64,000 nucleotides of DNA from an uncultured bacterium (GTDB lineage Bacteria > Patescibacteriota > Minisyncoccia > Phycocordibacterales > CAWITU01), in NCBI GenBank assembly GCA_963839205.1, contig CAWITU010000002.1, positions 148,627 through 212,626 of the forward strand, read 5' to 3'. This document shows, piece after piece, positions 39,620 to 51,524 of this stretch. Every line of letters starts with the position of its first letter. Positions within the stretch are counted from its first letter, which is position 1. The position numbers were made by a program, and so were the translations under genes. The notes beneath the pieces were generated by a model, which did no database searches, was not told the origin of the DNA, and saw only the letters and a list, made by a program, of their open reading frames with translations.

Positions 39620-39916
39620 TCAGAATCGAATTTTTTCGGTTTTGGACCGTCTGAATCGTCGAGGAAATATTATTGTTGCGACCACGCAATATCTGTTAAC
39701 TTGTCCATCACGGCGGCCATAAGGAGAAATTCTTGTGTGCACAGCTGACTTATATCGGTGAATTCCACATTCTATGAAAAGAAGTGCGAGGACGCCTAGG
39801 GAAAATAAAACGAAATTTTATTGCCCGTAGAGACTAAACGTCAGCCATCTTCGTTTGAATTTATTCAAAACAGATGATTACATAGTCCATTCCACACAGT
39901 GATGTGTGAAAAGAAG
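39620..39916 (+). other. 297-nt group I intron in 23S after U2593 (peptidyl-transferase centre)
   Basis: The flanks join to GGGTTCAGACCGT|CGTGAGACAGGTT. The insert follows a T and ends in G. R-like GTAGAGACTAAACG (39827-39840) pairs via GACTA/TAGTC with S-like ACATAGTCC (39880-39888). No ORF. Confidence 0.75.
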
Positions 39917-39968
39917 CGTGAGACAGGTTGGTCTCCTATCTACTGCAGGCGTTGATTTTTGAGAAGAT

Positions 39969-39999
<31 letters not shown>

Positions 40000-40310
40000 T
40001 GACCTCTGGTGTGTCGGCTGTCCTGCCAAGGGCACTGCCGAGTAGCTAAGTCGGGAAAGGATAAACTCTGAAAGCATCTAAGAGTGAAGCCTACTTCAAG
40101 ATTAGAAATCGTAAGACCCGTAGGAGATGACTACGTTGATAGGCGCTAGGTGTAAGACAAGCAATTGTTTCAGCCGAGGCGTACTAATTGTCATTCCTAT
40201 TAGGAAATTTGGAAGTCACGCATTTGTTTATCGGCGCAGGCGAATATCAGTTGAAAAGGTTTTGCGCCACAGAATACCTGTTTAAATAAATTAAAGATCG
40301 AACGTTCAAT

Positions 40311-40419
40311 TCTGGTGATTTGGCGGAAGGGCAACACCTGTTCTCATTCCGAACACAGAAGTTAAGCCTTCTTGCGGCGATGATACTCTTTTGGAGGGGA
40401 AAGTAGCTAGTCGCCAGTA
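40311..40419 (+). rRNA. rrf: 5S ribosomal RNA
   Basis: TCTGGTGA..CCGAACACAGAAGTTAAGC..TCGCCAGT with paired termini, about 100 nt after the 23S. Confidence 0.9.
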
Positions 40420-40446
40420 TCGAGCGTTTGATCTCATTAAATACAG

Positions 40447-40475
40447 AAAAAGCTCCCTTTAATGGGAGCTTTTTC
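40447..40475 (+). terminator. terminator of the 23S-5S unit
   Basis: AAAAAGCTCCC-TTTAAT-GGGAGCTTTTTC. Confidence 0.8.
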
Positions 40476-40557
40476 ATTTTGACTTTATATATCATAGATG
40501 ATACTGTTCTGCGGAATCATTTTGTTCAAACCATTAAATCTGAAGGAGGTGAGTTGA

Positions 40558-40866
40558 ATGGCGAATATTCTATTTGTTGGTTATGGCTATGACGAGGCAC
40601 ACAGGTTGCGCATAAAGGTCGGGGAGATTTTGAAGGAAATTTCCTTGGATAAGGAGTCGATTACCACGGTGGTTCAAGCACAAACTTATCCTGCCGACGT
40701 TTGGCAAAGTGCTGATATGCCTAAACTGGAGGCCCCGTTCATAATGGTCAGGGATACTGACCTGGTTAAGGCCAGAAAAATTGCTGAAATTATCAATGAA
40801 CGTCTGGTTCAGGACGTTGAGATGCAGATAATTGAGGCTTTTTTCCCCAAAAAACCTGCAACGTAA
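40558..40866 (+). CDS. hypothetical protein (GC-richer, strong SD)
   Basis: 102-aa ORF preceded by GAAGGAGGTGAGTTGA-ATG. No recognised domain. Confidence 0.5.
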   Translation: MANILFVGYGYDEAHRLRIKVGEILKEISLDKESITTVVQAQTYPADVWQSADMPKLEAPFIMVRDTDLVKARKIAEIINERLVQDVEMQIIEAFFPKKPAT

Positions 40867-40935
40867 TAAAAGAAAATCAAAACCGAAAGCCCACTTGGGT
40901 GAGTAGGTTTTTCTTTTGTCTGTTATAATATCTCC

Positions 40936-41706
40936 ATGTCATCTTGGGCTCAAAGAAAACAAGTTACCTACGCCAGCATCATAATTATTGTTTTTTTGTT
41001 GATAATTGGAATTCCAATTTATTTTGCATTCTTCAGACATGCACCAAGCTGTTTTGATGGGATTCAAAATCAAGGTGAGGTGGGTGTTGATTGTGGTGGG
41101 CCATGTTCTAAGCTCTGCCCTGACGAAGCACAAAATCCAGTAACTCATTGGACCAGATTTTTTGAAATATCTCCTGGAGTTTATTCAGTAGTGGCGGATG
41201 TTGAAAATCCAAATATAGGAACTTTTGCCGATAATGTTCCTTATTCCTTCAAATTATATGATGAAAATAATGTTCAGATTGCTGAAATTGATGGATCAAC
41301 ATTTATTTTACCAGGAACGCAATTTCCGATATATGAAGCCGGACTTCTTACGGGGGATAGAATTCCTGTAAGAGCCGATTTTGAATTTACTGCGACTCCT
41401 GATTGGCAGAAGAAAAGCTATTCTTTACCCGGGTTAGCAATCATTAATCAATCATTTAGCGCTAGTTCTTCGCCTAGACTGGAGGCCGATGTTCAGAATC
41501 AATCTGATTACACGATAACAAATATTGAACTTATTGCTTTGGTTTATGACGAGAACAACAATGCAATCGGAGCATCCAAGACAATCATCGATTCTTTAGC
41601 ACCAAAAGCGACAGGTAATGCAGTATTTACTTGGCGCGATCAATTTTCTAGTACATCTTCTAAAGAGGTTATTACCCCTGTCGTCTATCCCACTTTCAAG
41701 CAGTAG
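40936..41706 (+). CDS. TM-anchored extracytoplasmic hypothetical protein with Cys-rich motif
   Basis: TM (IIIIVFLLIIGIPIYFAFF), then CFDGIQNQGEVGVDCGGPCSKLCPDE and a beta-rich domain. Directly upstream of rodA. Confidence 0.5.
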   Translation: MSSWAQRKQVTYASIIIIVFLLIIGIPIYFAFFRHAPSCFDGIQNQGEVGVDCGGPCSKLCPDEAQNPVTHWTRFFEISPGVYSVVADVENPNIGTFADNVPYSFKLYDENNVQIAEIDGSTFILPGTQFPIYEAGLLTGDRIPVRADFEFTATPDWQKKSYSLPGLAIINQSFSASSSPRLEADVQNQSDYTITNIELIALVYDENNNAIGASKTIIDSLAPKATGNAVFTWRDQFSSTSSKEVITPVVYPTFKQ

Positions 41707-41709
41707 TTT

Positions 41710-42855
41710 ATGGAGAAAGCCCTTCAGAAATCATGGTATGGAGCTATGCGTGTAGATTGGGTTCTTTTAGGTGCTTGCATCCCAATTCTTCTAGCAGGGT
41801 TAGTAACAATGAGTTCATTTGGTACTGGAGATAATCATTTCTTCACTCACCAATTAGTTTGGATTGTTGTTTCCCTAGTAGTATTTTTTGTCTTGAGCCG
41901 AGTTGATTTTAGTTTTTTAAGACGGACGAATGTTGTTGTTACTCTTTTCATCACCTCGTGTGTTGTTTTGATTTTTCTTTTCGTGCTAGGACACACCTCA
42001 AGAGGAGCTAGAAGTTGGTTTACTTTTGGCGGGGTTGCGTTTGAGCCAGCCGATCCGATTAAACTTATTTTAATTATTATTTTGGCAAAATATTTCTCCA
42101 GACGTCACACTGAAATTCGAAATATTCGCCACATCATTGTTTCTGGTTTTTATGCATTTACTATTTTTACTTTGATTCTTATTCAGCCAGATTTTGGTTC
42201 GGCGATTATTATTTTCCTTATCTGGTTCGGAATGATTATGGTTTCAGGTATTTCTAAAAAACATCTATTAATCGTTATTCTGGTTGGTTTAATTGCGACA
42301 GCCGGACTTTGGCAGTTTGGCTTTAAACAATTTCAAAAAGATAGAATATTAAACTTCCTTCACCCATTAGCGCACATTTCTGGAAGTGGTTATAACGCCT
42401 ATCAATCTATGATAACTGTTGGTTCTGGTCAGGTTTTAGGAAAGGGGATTGGATATGGAACTCAATCTCGACTAAAATTCTTACCGGAGTATCAAACTGA
42501 CTTTATTTTTGCTGCTTTTGCTGAAGAGTGGGGATTTGTTGGAGTTTTAATTATTTTCACTCTTTTTGGAATTGTTATTTGGCGTATTCTATTTAATGCA
42601 ATGAGAGGGTCAACTAATTTTGAAATTCTGTATGGTGCAGGGTTGGCGATATTTTTTATGAGCCATCTGTTTGTAAATATCGGTATGAATGTTGGTATCT
42701 TGCCCGTGACTGGAATCACGGTTCCCTTTATGAGTTATGGAGGAACACATCTTTTGACAGAATTTACAGGGCTTGGAATTCTTATGGGTATGAGACGATA
42801 TTCTCGTGCGGCCCACAAGGATGTCATTCAGAATGAATTTTTAGGAATGGCTTAG
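41710..42855 (+). CDS. rodA: FtsW/RodA/SpoVE-family peptidoglycan glycosyltransferase
   Basis: 10-TM SEDS pattern (PDFGSAIIIF, LPEYQTDFIFAAFAEEWGF, PFMSYGG). Confidence 0.9.
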   Translation: MEKALQKSWYGAMRVDWVLLGACIPILLAGLVTMSSFGTGDNHFFTHQLVWIVVSLVVFFVLSRVDFSFLRRTNVVVTLFITSCVVLIFLFVLGHTSRGARSWFTFGGVAFEPADPIKLILIIILAKYFSRRHTEIRNIRHIIVSGFYAFTIFTLILIQPDFGSAIIIFLIWFGMIMVSGISKKHLLIVILVGLIATAGLWQFGFKQFQKDRILNFLHPLAHISGSGYNAYQSMITVGSGQVLGKGIGYGTQSRLKFLPEYQTDFIFAAFAEEWGFVGVLIIFTLFGIVIWRILFNAMRGSTNFEILYGAGLAIFFMSHLFVNIGMNVGILPVTGITVPFMSYGGTHLLTEFTGLGILMGMRRYSRAAHKDVIQNEFLGMA

Positions 42856-42859
42856 CTAT

Positions 42860-43990
42860 TTAGTTGCTTTTGTAGAGAAGAAAAGTTTTCTCAAGCATTT
42901 GGTTTAGAGAAAACTTTTCTTCGACTTTCTGGCGAAGCCGCGAAGCCATTCGCGCGGCTTCGCCCCTATTTTTCATAATGTATTCAATACCTAACTTAAT
43001 GTCTTCTGGGTTTTTTGGCTTCACCAATATGCCGGTCCTCATGTTCTCAATAATTTCTGGAATTCCACCCGCCTTACTTGCTACCACTGGCATCTCGGCA
43101 AGCCCAGCTTCTAGCAGAACGTAAGCTAGGCCTTCATAAAGAGAGGTGAGTGCGAATATGTCAAAAGCCTTTAATAGAGAGGCGGCATTGTCTATGTGTC
43201 CTGTTAAAAAAACAGAATGATTAAGGTGTAGTTTGTTAATTAGAGTCTCTAAATTTTTTCTCTCCTCTCCCTCGCCAATTATTATCAATGTAAAAGCGAA
43301 AGGTGCTTTGTATAGGGATTGAATAAGGTACTCTAAACCCTTGATGTGATGCAATTCCGCAATAGCGCCTATCCAGACGCTATTGACTTTCGAGAAGCTT
43401 CTAATTAATGGTTGAAATCCAATTATCTTATTTCTGGCAGTCAGTTTTTCAACAAAATCAATTTGATCTACACTGTTATTAATTACAGTTATTTTATTTT
43501 TTATTAATGGCCATGTCTCAATTTCTTTTTTTAATTCGTGAGAAACGGCAATTACATTGTGTGAGAGTAGAAAAGTTATGTAGTAGGATAATCTAATAAA
43601 CCACTTTGAGATAGAGCTGCGGTTTTCCTTAAAAGCTAAGCCGTGTAAAGTAAAGACTATTTTTTTAATTCCGCATAATCTTCCAGCGAGAGCCCCCATA
43701 GCACCCATCTTTGAACTATTAACATGAAAGACATCTGGTTTTTCTTGTCTTAAAATCTTCCAGAGTGTAAAAAAACTATTGAAATCTTTAGATATTGAAA
43801 TATCCCTACTAAGAGTATCAAGAGAAATAGTTTTAATATGTGCTTGGTCAAGTTTTGCCTTCAAAACTCCATTACCGCCGAGTAATACGAGAGTTTGGTT
43901 TTTATGTTTTGTGGAATGAATAGCAAGATCGTACACATATCGTTGGGCTCCACCCCAATTTGATTTAGTAATGGCGTAAATGATTTTCAT
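42860..43990 (-). CDS. GT4-family (GT-B) glycosyltransferase
   Basis: MKIIYAITKSNWGGAQRY start and C-terminal YEGLAYVLLEAGLAEMPVVASKAGGIPEII (E-x7-E region). Start trimmed to ATG 43988-43990. Confidence 0.85.
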   Translation of the reverse strand: MKIIYAITKSNWGGAQRYVYDLAIHSTKHKNQTLVLLGGNGVLKAKLDQAHIKTISLDTLSRDISISKDFNSFFTLWKILRQEKPDVFHVNSSKMGAMGALAGRLCGIKKIVFTLHGLAFKENRSSISKWFIRLSYYITFLLSHNVIAVSHELKKEIETWPLIKNKITVINNSVDQIDFVEKLTARNKIIGFQPLIRSFSKVNSVWIGAIAELHHIKGLEYLIQSLYKAPFAFTLIIIGEGEERKNLETLINKLHLNHSVFLTGHIDNAASLLKAFDIFALTSLYEGLAYVLLEAGLAEMPVVASKAGGIPEIIENMRTGILVKPKNPEDIKLGIEYIMKNRGEAARMASRLRQKVEEKFSLNQMLEKTFLLYKSN

Positions 43991-44046
43991 GCTTAATAAA
44001 TTAGATACCTTGAAAATAGAGCCTATATGACATATCATTATGCACT

Positions 44047-45402
44047 ATGAACTTCTTTAAGAGAAGAGAGGCCTCCCTTCTTCTTCTGGGCGACATTATC
44101 TTTCTAATTTTAGCACTCTGGCTAAGCCTTTTTGTAAGGTATTTGGCATTTCCCTCAACCACATTATTCATTGGCCACCTCGTTCCATTTTCCATACTTT
44201 TTGTCGTATTTGTTTTGATATTTTTTATAAGCGGTTTGTATGAGAATCATACGACTGTTTTAAGAAATAAATTACCTTCACTTATCTTGAATGCACAGAT
44301 AGTGAATATCCTTTTGGCAATTTCTTTTTTCTATTTTATTCCTTACTTTGGAATTACACCGAAGACGAATCTATTTATTGATCTTATTATTTCATCTATA
44401 GCAATTTTCTTTTGGCGTTTGTATATATTTCCTCTTTTTCATATTGGGAAAAAGGCAAAAGCACTTCTAATCGGTACTGGTTCAGAAATTAGCGAACTAC
44501 AAAATGAGGTCAATAATAATGATCGATATCCTTTAAAATTTGTTCATTTTATAAATGTTGATGGTCTTGAAAAAATTGATACTCAGAAAGAAATTGTAGA
44601 CAGAATACATAAGGAGGGTATAACGGTTGTGGTAATTGATTTGTATAATCCAAAGATTCAGCCATTGTTGTCTAAATTTTACAGTTTAATTTTTTCTGGG
44701 GTCACTTTTATTGAACAATATCGAGTATATGAAACTATTTTTGAAAGAGTTCCTTTTTCATTGCTTACTGAAAGTTGGTTTTTGGAAAATGTTTCAACTC
44801 AGTCCGAATCAATTTATGACGCTTTCAAACGAATCGTAGATATTCTTTTGTCTCTAATTTTAGGAATAATTTCGCTATTACTTTATCCGTTTGTTTGCAT
44901 AGCAATAAAGATAGACGACGGTGGTCCTATTTTTATAAACCAAGTACGTGTCGGAAAGGGGAGAAGACCAATAAATATCTTGAAGTTTAGAACCATGCAA
45001 AAGAGTGAGGATGGGGTCTGGATTGGAGAGACTGAAAATAAAATTACAAAAGTCGGATCATTTTTAAGAAATACTAGGATTGATGAATTACCACAGCTTT
45101 GGAATATCATCCGTGGTGATTTATCTCTGATTGGGCCAAGACCGGATCTAATTGGTCTAGAAGAGAGGCTACAAAAAGTTATCCCATATTATAGTAGCCG
45201 CTATTTAATTAAACCGGGTCTCTCTGGTTGGGCCCAAATTAAGCAAGATTATGAAGGGGGCAATATTAGCCCACAGTCCATTGATGAAACCAAAATGAGA
45301 TTAGCCTACGATCTTTATTATGTTGAAAACCATTCATTCTTTTTAGATATAAAAATTGCACTGCTTACAATTAAGATACTTTTGTCTCGACTTGGTAGGT
45401 AG
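44047..45402 (+). CDS. polyprenyl-phosphate sugar-phosphate transferase (WbaP/EpsB-like bacterial sugar transferase)
   Basis: 4-5 N-terminal TM helices and a C-terminal Bac_transf domain (DELPQLWNIIRGDLSLIGPRP, KPGLSGWAQI). Confidence 0.9.
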   Translation: MNFFKRREASLLLLGDIIFLILALWLSLFVRYLAFPSTTLFIGHLVPFSILFVVFVLIFFISGLYENHTTVLRNKLPSLILNAQIVNILLAISFFYFIPYFGITPKTNLFIDLIISSIAIFFWRLYIFPLFHIGKKAKALLIGTGSEISELQNEVNNNDRYPLKFVHFINVDGLEKIDTQKEIVDRIHKEGITVVVIDLYNPKIQPLLSKFYSLIFSGVTFIEQYRVYETIFERVPFSLLTESWFLENVSTQSESIYDAFKRIVDILLSLILGIISLLLYPFVCIAIKIDDGGPIFINQVRVGKGRRPINILKFRTMQKSEDGVWIGETENKITKVGSFLRNTRIDELPQLWNIIRGDLSLIGPRPDLIGLEERLQKVIPYYSSRYLIKPGLSGWAQIKQDYEGGNISPQSIDETKMRLAYDLYYVENHSFFLDIKIALLTIKILLSRLGR

Positions 45403-45426
45403 AGTTATATTCGCTATACTTCATAA

Positions 45427-46473
45427 ATGAACAAGAAACTTCGACTTTTTATAACAGGGGGCTCTGGCTATGTTGGTGCCATGCTTGCCCAACAATTTTC
45501 TGCTCTAGATGAAGTAGAATCGATTGTTTGTTTGGACAAGGAGCCAATGTCAGAACTTTTGATTGGTAATTCTAAAATTCATTTTATTCAGCAGAATTTA
45601 GGTGATGACGGCTGGCAATCGGAGGTGTCTAAAGAAAATCCGGGTGTGGTTATACATACCGCTTGGCAGATTAGGAATTTATATGGAGAAGAAGAGAAGC
45701 AGTGGAAGTGGAATGTTGAAGGAACAGATAAAGTTTTTGATTTTGCTCTCTCAACTCCCTCGGTGAAAAAACTGATATATTTCTCTACAGTCGCTTCATA
45801 CGGGGCTTTTCCTCAAAATACCGTTGACCATTTTTTCAAAGAGGAAGAGGGCTTTCGTAAGACAAATTATCTATATGCCGAAGAAAAACGGGTGTCCGAA
45901 GAGCACCTAGAAGAAAAATATAAAAACTATCTCGCAAAAGTCGGTAAAGACACAGCCAAACTACCCCAAGTTTTTATTGTCCGCCCAGCAGCTATAACAG
46001 GTCCTCGCGGTAGATATATGAGGATAAGATTTGGATTACAGTCCGCCCTGTCTGGTCAGCTTACGGGATCATGGGCTTATAACATTGTCACCGCTATGGT
46101 GTCATTTGTTCCAATTACACCAAAGTGGTGTAGACAATTTATCCATGAGGATGACGTTACTGATATCGTTAAACTCTTCACCTTCTCAGATCTTAAGGGA
46201 ACATACGAAGTCTTTAATATCTGTCCCCCAGGAAAAGTTGTTCTTGGTAAAGATATGGCTCAAGCGGTAAATAAAAAAACACTCATGGTCTATCCATGGA
46301 TGGTTAGGTTAGCTTTTTTTTGGTTCTGGCATTTGACGAGAGGGAAGATAACCACTTCCCCAGGGGGTTGGAAATCATACTCATTTCCAATTGTTGTCGA
46401 TGGCTCAAAACTTACAAAACAATACGGTTACATATACAAATATCCTTCATCTGGATGCATTCAGAAAAGTTGA
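45427..46473 (+). CDS. NAD-dependent epimerase/dehydratase-family protein
   Basis: ITGGSGYVGAML Rossmann motif and YAEEK (YxxxK). Confidence 0.8.
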   Translation: MNKKLRLFITGGSGYVGAMLAQQFSALDEVESIVCLDKEPMSELLIGNSKIHFIQQNLGDDGWQSEVSKENPGVVIHTAWQIRNLYGEEEKQWKWNVEGTDKVFDFALSTPSVKKLIYFSTVASYGAFPQNTVDHFFKEEEGFRKTNYLYAEEKRVSEEHLEEKYKNYLAKVGKDTAKLPQVFIVRPAAITGPRGRYMRIRFGLQSALSGQLTGSWAYNIVTAMVSFVPITPKWCRQFIHEDDVTDIVKLFTFSDLKGTYEVFNICPPGKVVLGKDMAQAVNKKTLMVYPWMVRLAFFWFWHLTRGKITTSPGGWKSYSFPIVVDGSKLTKQYGYIYKYPSSGCIQKS

Positions 46474-46510
46474 AGGAAGATACGCTAAATACGTTACAAA
46501 AAAATAGACA

Positions 46511-46543
46511 AAAAGGGCCCCGCCAAAAGTTGGCGGGGCCATT
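46511..46543. terminator. bidirectional terminator between convergent genes
   Basis: AAAAGGGCCCCGCC-AAAAGT-TGGCGGGGCC. Confidence 0.75.
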
Positions 46544-46545
46544 AA

Positions 46546-46992
46546 TTACGGGAGCATTTGTCGACCGAACAAAATTCTAAAAAAATTTCCAATCCAAGCT
46601 ATAGGTTCCTTAAGCATTCCTTTCCAGTCGCTCCATATCCAGACCGGAACAAATTTCAATTTAATGTTCTTGGTGTCACCGAAGTGATACAGCACGAGAC
46701 CGTAAACTCTCGGTAGGTGCCAAAAACGAACGACCACTATAAGTTGAATCTCGTTCTTGCGGACTAAAGGTCTCAGAAAATCCTTAAGCCTTTTGACCTC
46801 GCCCTCCGTATTGAAGCTACTTGCCTCGAGAGAGGTGACGTTTTTGACCCCGAGTCTCCCAAGATAATGTGCCATTTTGTGTGACAACACTACATTGAAC
46901 TTTGGGCTCCGCCCAGCAGCAACGACTATTTGTGGGTAACTGTTTTTTGCGATTTTTTCAATCAGCAGTTCAATCTTGTCACAAACCGCCAT
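46546..46992 (-). CDS. DUF218 (YdcF/SanA-like) domain protein
   Basis: ..LEASSFNTEGEV.. DUF218-like core. The frame stays open upstream to 47067 (..KTIIFGIAADLK..) behind a GGAGGTGA motif but has no canonical start there, so the true N-terminus is uncertain. Confidence 0.55.
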   Translation of the reverse strand: MAVCDKIELLIEKIAKNSYPQIVVAAGRSPKFNVVLSHKMAHYLGRLGVKNVTSLEASSFNTEGEVKRLKDFLRPLVRKNEIQLIVVVRFWHLPRVYGLVLYHFGDTKNIKLKFVPVWIWSDWKGMLKEPIAWIGNFFRILFGRQMLP

Positions 46993-47165
46993 GCTCTGAT
47001 CACCTAGAAAGACTTGGTTATTAGTGCACTTAAGGTCTGCAGCGATACCAAAGATGATTGTCTTAAGTTAAAATCACCTCCTTTTTTCTGCACGATACTA
47101 CACCATATTAATTAAGTCAATATTGGTTTGGACTCAAAATCGTTATAGTATGGGCCAATACTGAA

Positions 47166-49417
47166 ATGATTAAAACAAGAGTTATTGCCGCTTCGATTGT
47201 ACTTCTGGCCTTGGTCATTGGTGCTTTCAACTATTATTCCGAATTTAAACCGGCATCTTTTGTCGGTGGTTTTCCTTTTAAATTAGGTCTAGATTTAAAT
47301 GGTGGTTCAGAGCTTACATATCAAGCGGATGTTTCTAAAGTTGATCCAAGCGATGTTGCTGGATCTATGCAGGCTCTACATGATGTCATTGAAAATAGAA
47401 TTAATGTTTTCGGTGTTTCCGAACCGGTTGTTGAAACTCAAGAGGCGACACTTCTAAATGGACAGAAAATCCAAAAGTTAATTGTTCAGCTTCCTGGCGT
47501 TACGAATGTTAATGAAGCAATTTCAATTATCGGCCAGACACCGGTTTTGGAATTTCGTTTAGTAAATCCAGCTAAGGCAAAACTTATTACAGCTTCTTCA
47601 ACCCAAGCTGATATTGACGCCGCTTTCGTTCCAGTTGGTCTTACAGGCAGATATTTACAAAGTTCACAAATTCAATTTGATTCACAAAGTGGACAGCCAG
47701 TTGTGTCTTTAAATTTTAATACTGAAGGCGCTGCGATTTTTGCTTCAACAACTAAAAATAATATTGGTCAGATGTTGGCGATATTCTTGGACGGCAAAAT
47801 TATTTCTAGCCCAGTAATTCAGCAGGAAATTGATAACGGTCAGGCCCAAATATCAGGTGGTTCAATGACTGCGTCAGAAGCCAAGACTTTGGCTCAGAAT
47901 TTGAATTATGGTGCACTTCCAGTTCCAATCACACTTATTGGTACTCAGACAATTGGTGCCTCACTTGGTATTGATGCCTTGAATAGAAGCGTTAAAGCTG
48001 GTATTATAGGCTTTGCAATAATCGTTCTATTCCTTATCCTTTGGTACCGATTGCCGGGACTATTGGCAGGAATTTCACTTTCAATATACGTTCTCATGAT
48101 GCTCGCAATCTTTAAGTTGGTTCCAGTAACACTTACCGCAGCTGGACTCGCAGGTTTCGTTCTCTCTATCGGTATGGCTGTTGATGCGAACATTCTTATC
48201 TTTGAAAGAATGAAAGAAGAACTTCGAAATGGTAGAACTCTAGAGGATGCGACACGAGAAGGATTCACACGAGCTTGGACATCCATCCGTGACGGAAACC
48301 TATCAAGTATTATTACTGCAATCATCTTGTTCTGGTTCTCCAGCACCTCAGTTATCAAAGGTTTTGCTTTAATCTTCGGAGTTGGAGTTTTGGTAAGTAT
48401 GATTACAGCCATCAGTATTTCTAGAACATTCCTATTGGCTGTGACACCAAAGAGTAATTCAAAATTTGTGAGATTTTTATTCAGTAACGGATTTAATTTA
48501 ATAATCATGTTCGTCATTAAATACAGAAAAATATTCTACTCATTCTCAGCACTGCTCGTGGTTATTTCAATCGCCTCACTTTTAATTTGGGGCCTTCATT
48601 TCGGAGTTGATTTCACCGGTGGTTCAGTTTTAAATGTCTCATACTCTCCAGCACGTCCATCATTGGATATAATTAATGCTCAAGTTAAGCCTCTTTCCTT
48701 ACAATCAACTAAATTCAGCCAAGCGGAAACAATGGTTACATAATTACGACTAAAGCACTTACAGAAGATCAACATCAAGGTCTTCTAAATGCCATTTCTC
48801 CTAGTGGAAGTTCAACGCTCACGGTTGATAGTTATAATACAGTTGGTCCGATACTTGGTTCGGAACTAGAAGGGAAGTCAATCGTCTCAATTATTTTAGT
48901 TATTATGGCCATTGTTCTTTTCATAACCTGGGCTTTCCGAAAAGTTTCGGAACCTGTTTCTTCCTGGATCTATGGTCTCATCGCCATTTTTGATTTGATT
49001 CACAACGTTATCGTGCCTGTGGGTATCTTTTCAATTGTTGGACATTTCTTGCACTTCCAAGTAGATACACTTTTCGTTAACGCAATTTTGGTTATTCTTG
49101 GTTTTTCTATTCACGATACGATTGTTGTATTCGATAGAACTCGTGAGAATTTGAAATTAAATAGAGAACATAATAAGAAAGAATCTTTTGATAACGTTGT
49201 TGGGCGAAGTATTAGTCAGACTATGGTCAGATCAATCAATACTTCACTTACAGTAGTATTTACACTGCTTATCCTGTATTTCTTCGGCTCAACTACTACC
49301 AGAGACTTCTCGATGGTTCTTCTCGTTGGTATCGTGGTTGGTACCTATTCCTCAATCTTTTTGGGTTCTCCTCTCCTAGTTACTATTGAAAAGTGGCAGA
49401 ATAGAAAGAAAAACTAA
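47166..49417 (+). pseudogene. secDF: fused protein-export membrane protein SecD-SecF (one apparent frameshift near 48730)
   Basis: SecD periplasmic domain and 6 TM, then a SecF N-terminus in the same ORF. The frame changes at ..SQAG/NNGYIITTKALTEDQ.. and the SecF TM bundle continues to 49417. Confidence 0.9.
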
Positions 49418-49434
49418 TAATTTAGGCTAAAAGC

Positions 49435-49462
49435 TTGACTCTATCTAGCGGCCGTATATAAT
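49435..49462 (+). promoter_or_regulatory. sigma70-type promoter of the 16S unit
   Basis: TTGACT (49435-49440), 16-nt spacer, TATAAT (49457-49462). A roughly 370-nt structured leader follows. Confidence 0.65.
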
Positions 49463-49837
49463 ACCCCCTACGTCCTTAATGGGCGGTTCTTTGAAAATTA
49501 TCTGTCTAAAATCACGATTTATCTTGAATTTAGACAGATTGAAATATTGCCCTGTGTAGCTTTAGCGTAGAGCGGGTAGGACCGAGAACGTATTAACGCT
49601 CTGTATTGCCTCCTATCGAGCAGCTATGGAGGGAAAACGTGCAAGTCAATTAAAATATTTTTTTGTTCTCCCGCGGAGCTCGTCAGAGCAAAGTGGGAGT
49701 AAATAATTCCAAAAACAATGATCAATTGTTGGATGAGCTAGGATCAAACTTGTTGGTGAAATATAAATTTAGATTAAGTACTATTTTTTATTTTGCCTCA
49801 TTCTAATAAATATAAGTATTTATACTTTTTATTTAAT

Positions 49838-51324
<1,487 letters not shown>

Positions 51325-51493
51325 TGAATACGTCTCACGTTCTTCGTAAGAAGGGCGTGGGGCTGACAGTGTCGATGTTGCGGGTTCCAATTGGACTCAC
51401 AACGGATAATGATGAATAATCCTTAAAAATCATTGGACATTTGGGAAAGACCAGAAAATAAAGAATGAGGCAAAATAAAGGATGGTACTGAAT

Positions 51494-51524
51494 AGAGAGG
51501 GCGGCCCAAAGGGCCGCCCTCTCT
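51494..51524 (+). terminator. terminator after the 16S trailer
   Basis: AGAGAGGGCGGCCC-AAA-GGGCCGCCCTCTCT. Confidence 0.75.
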
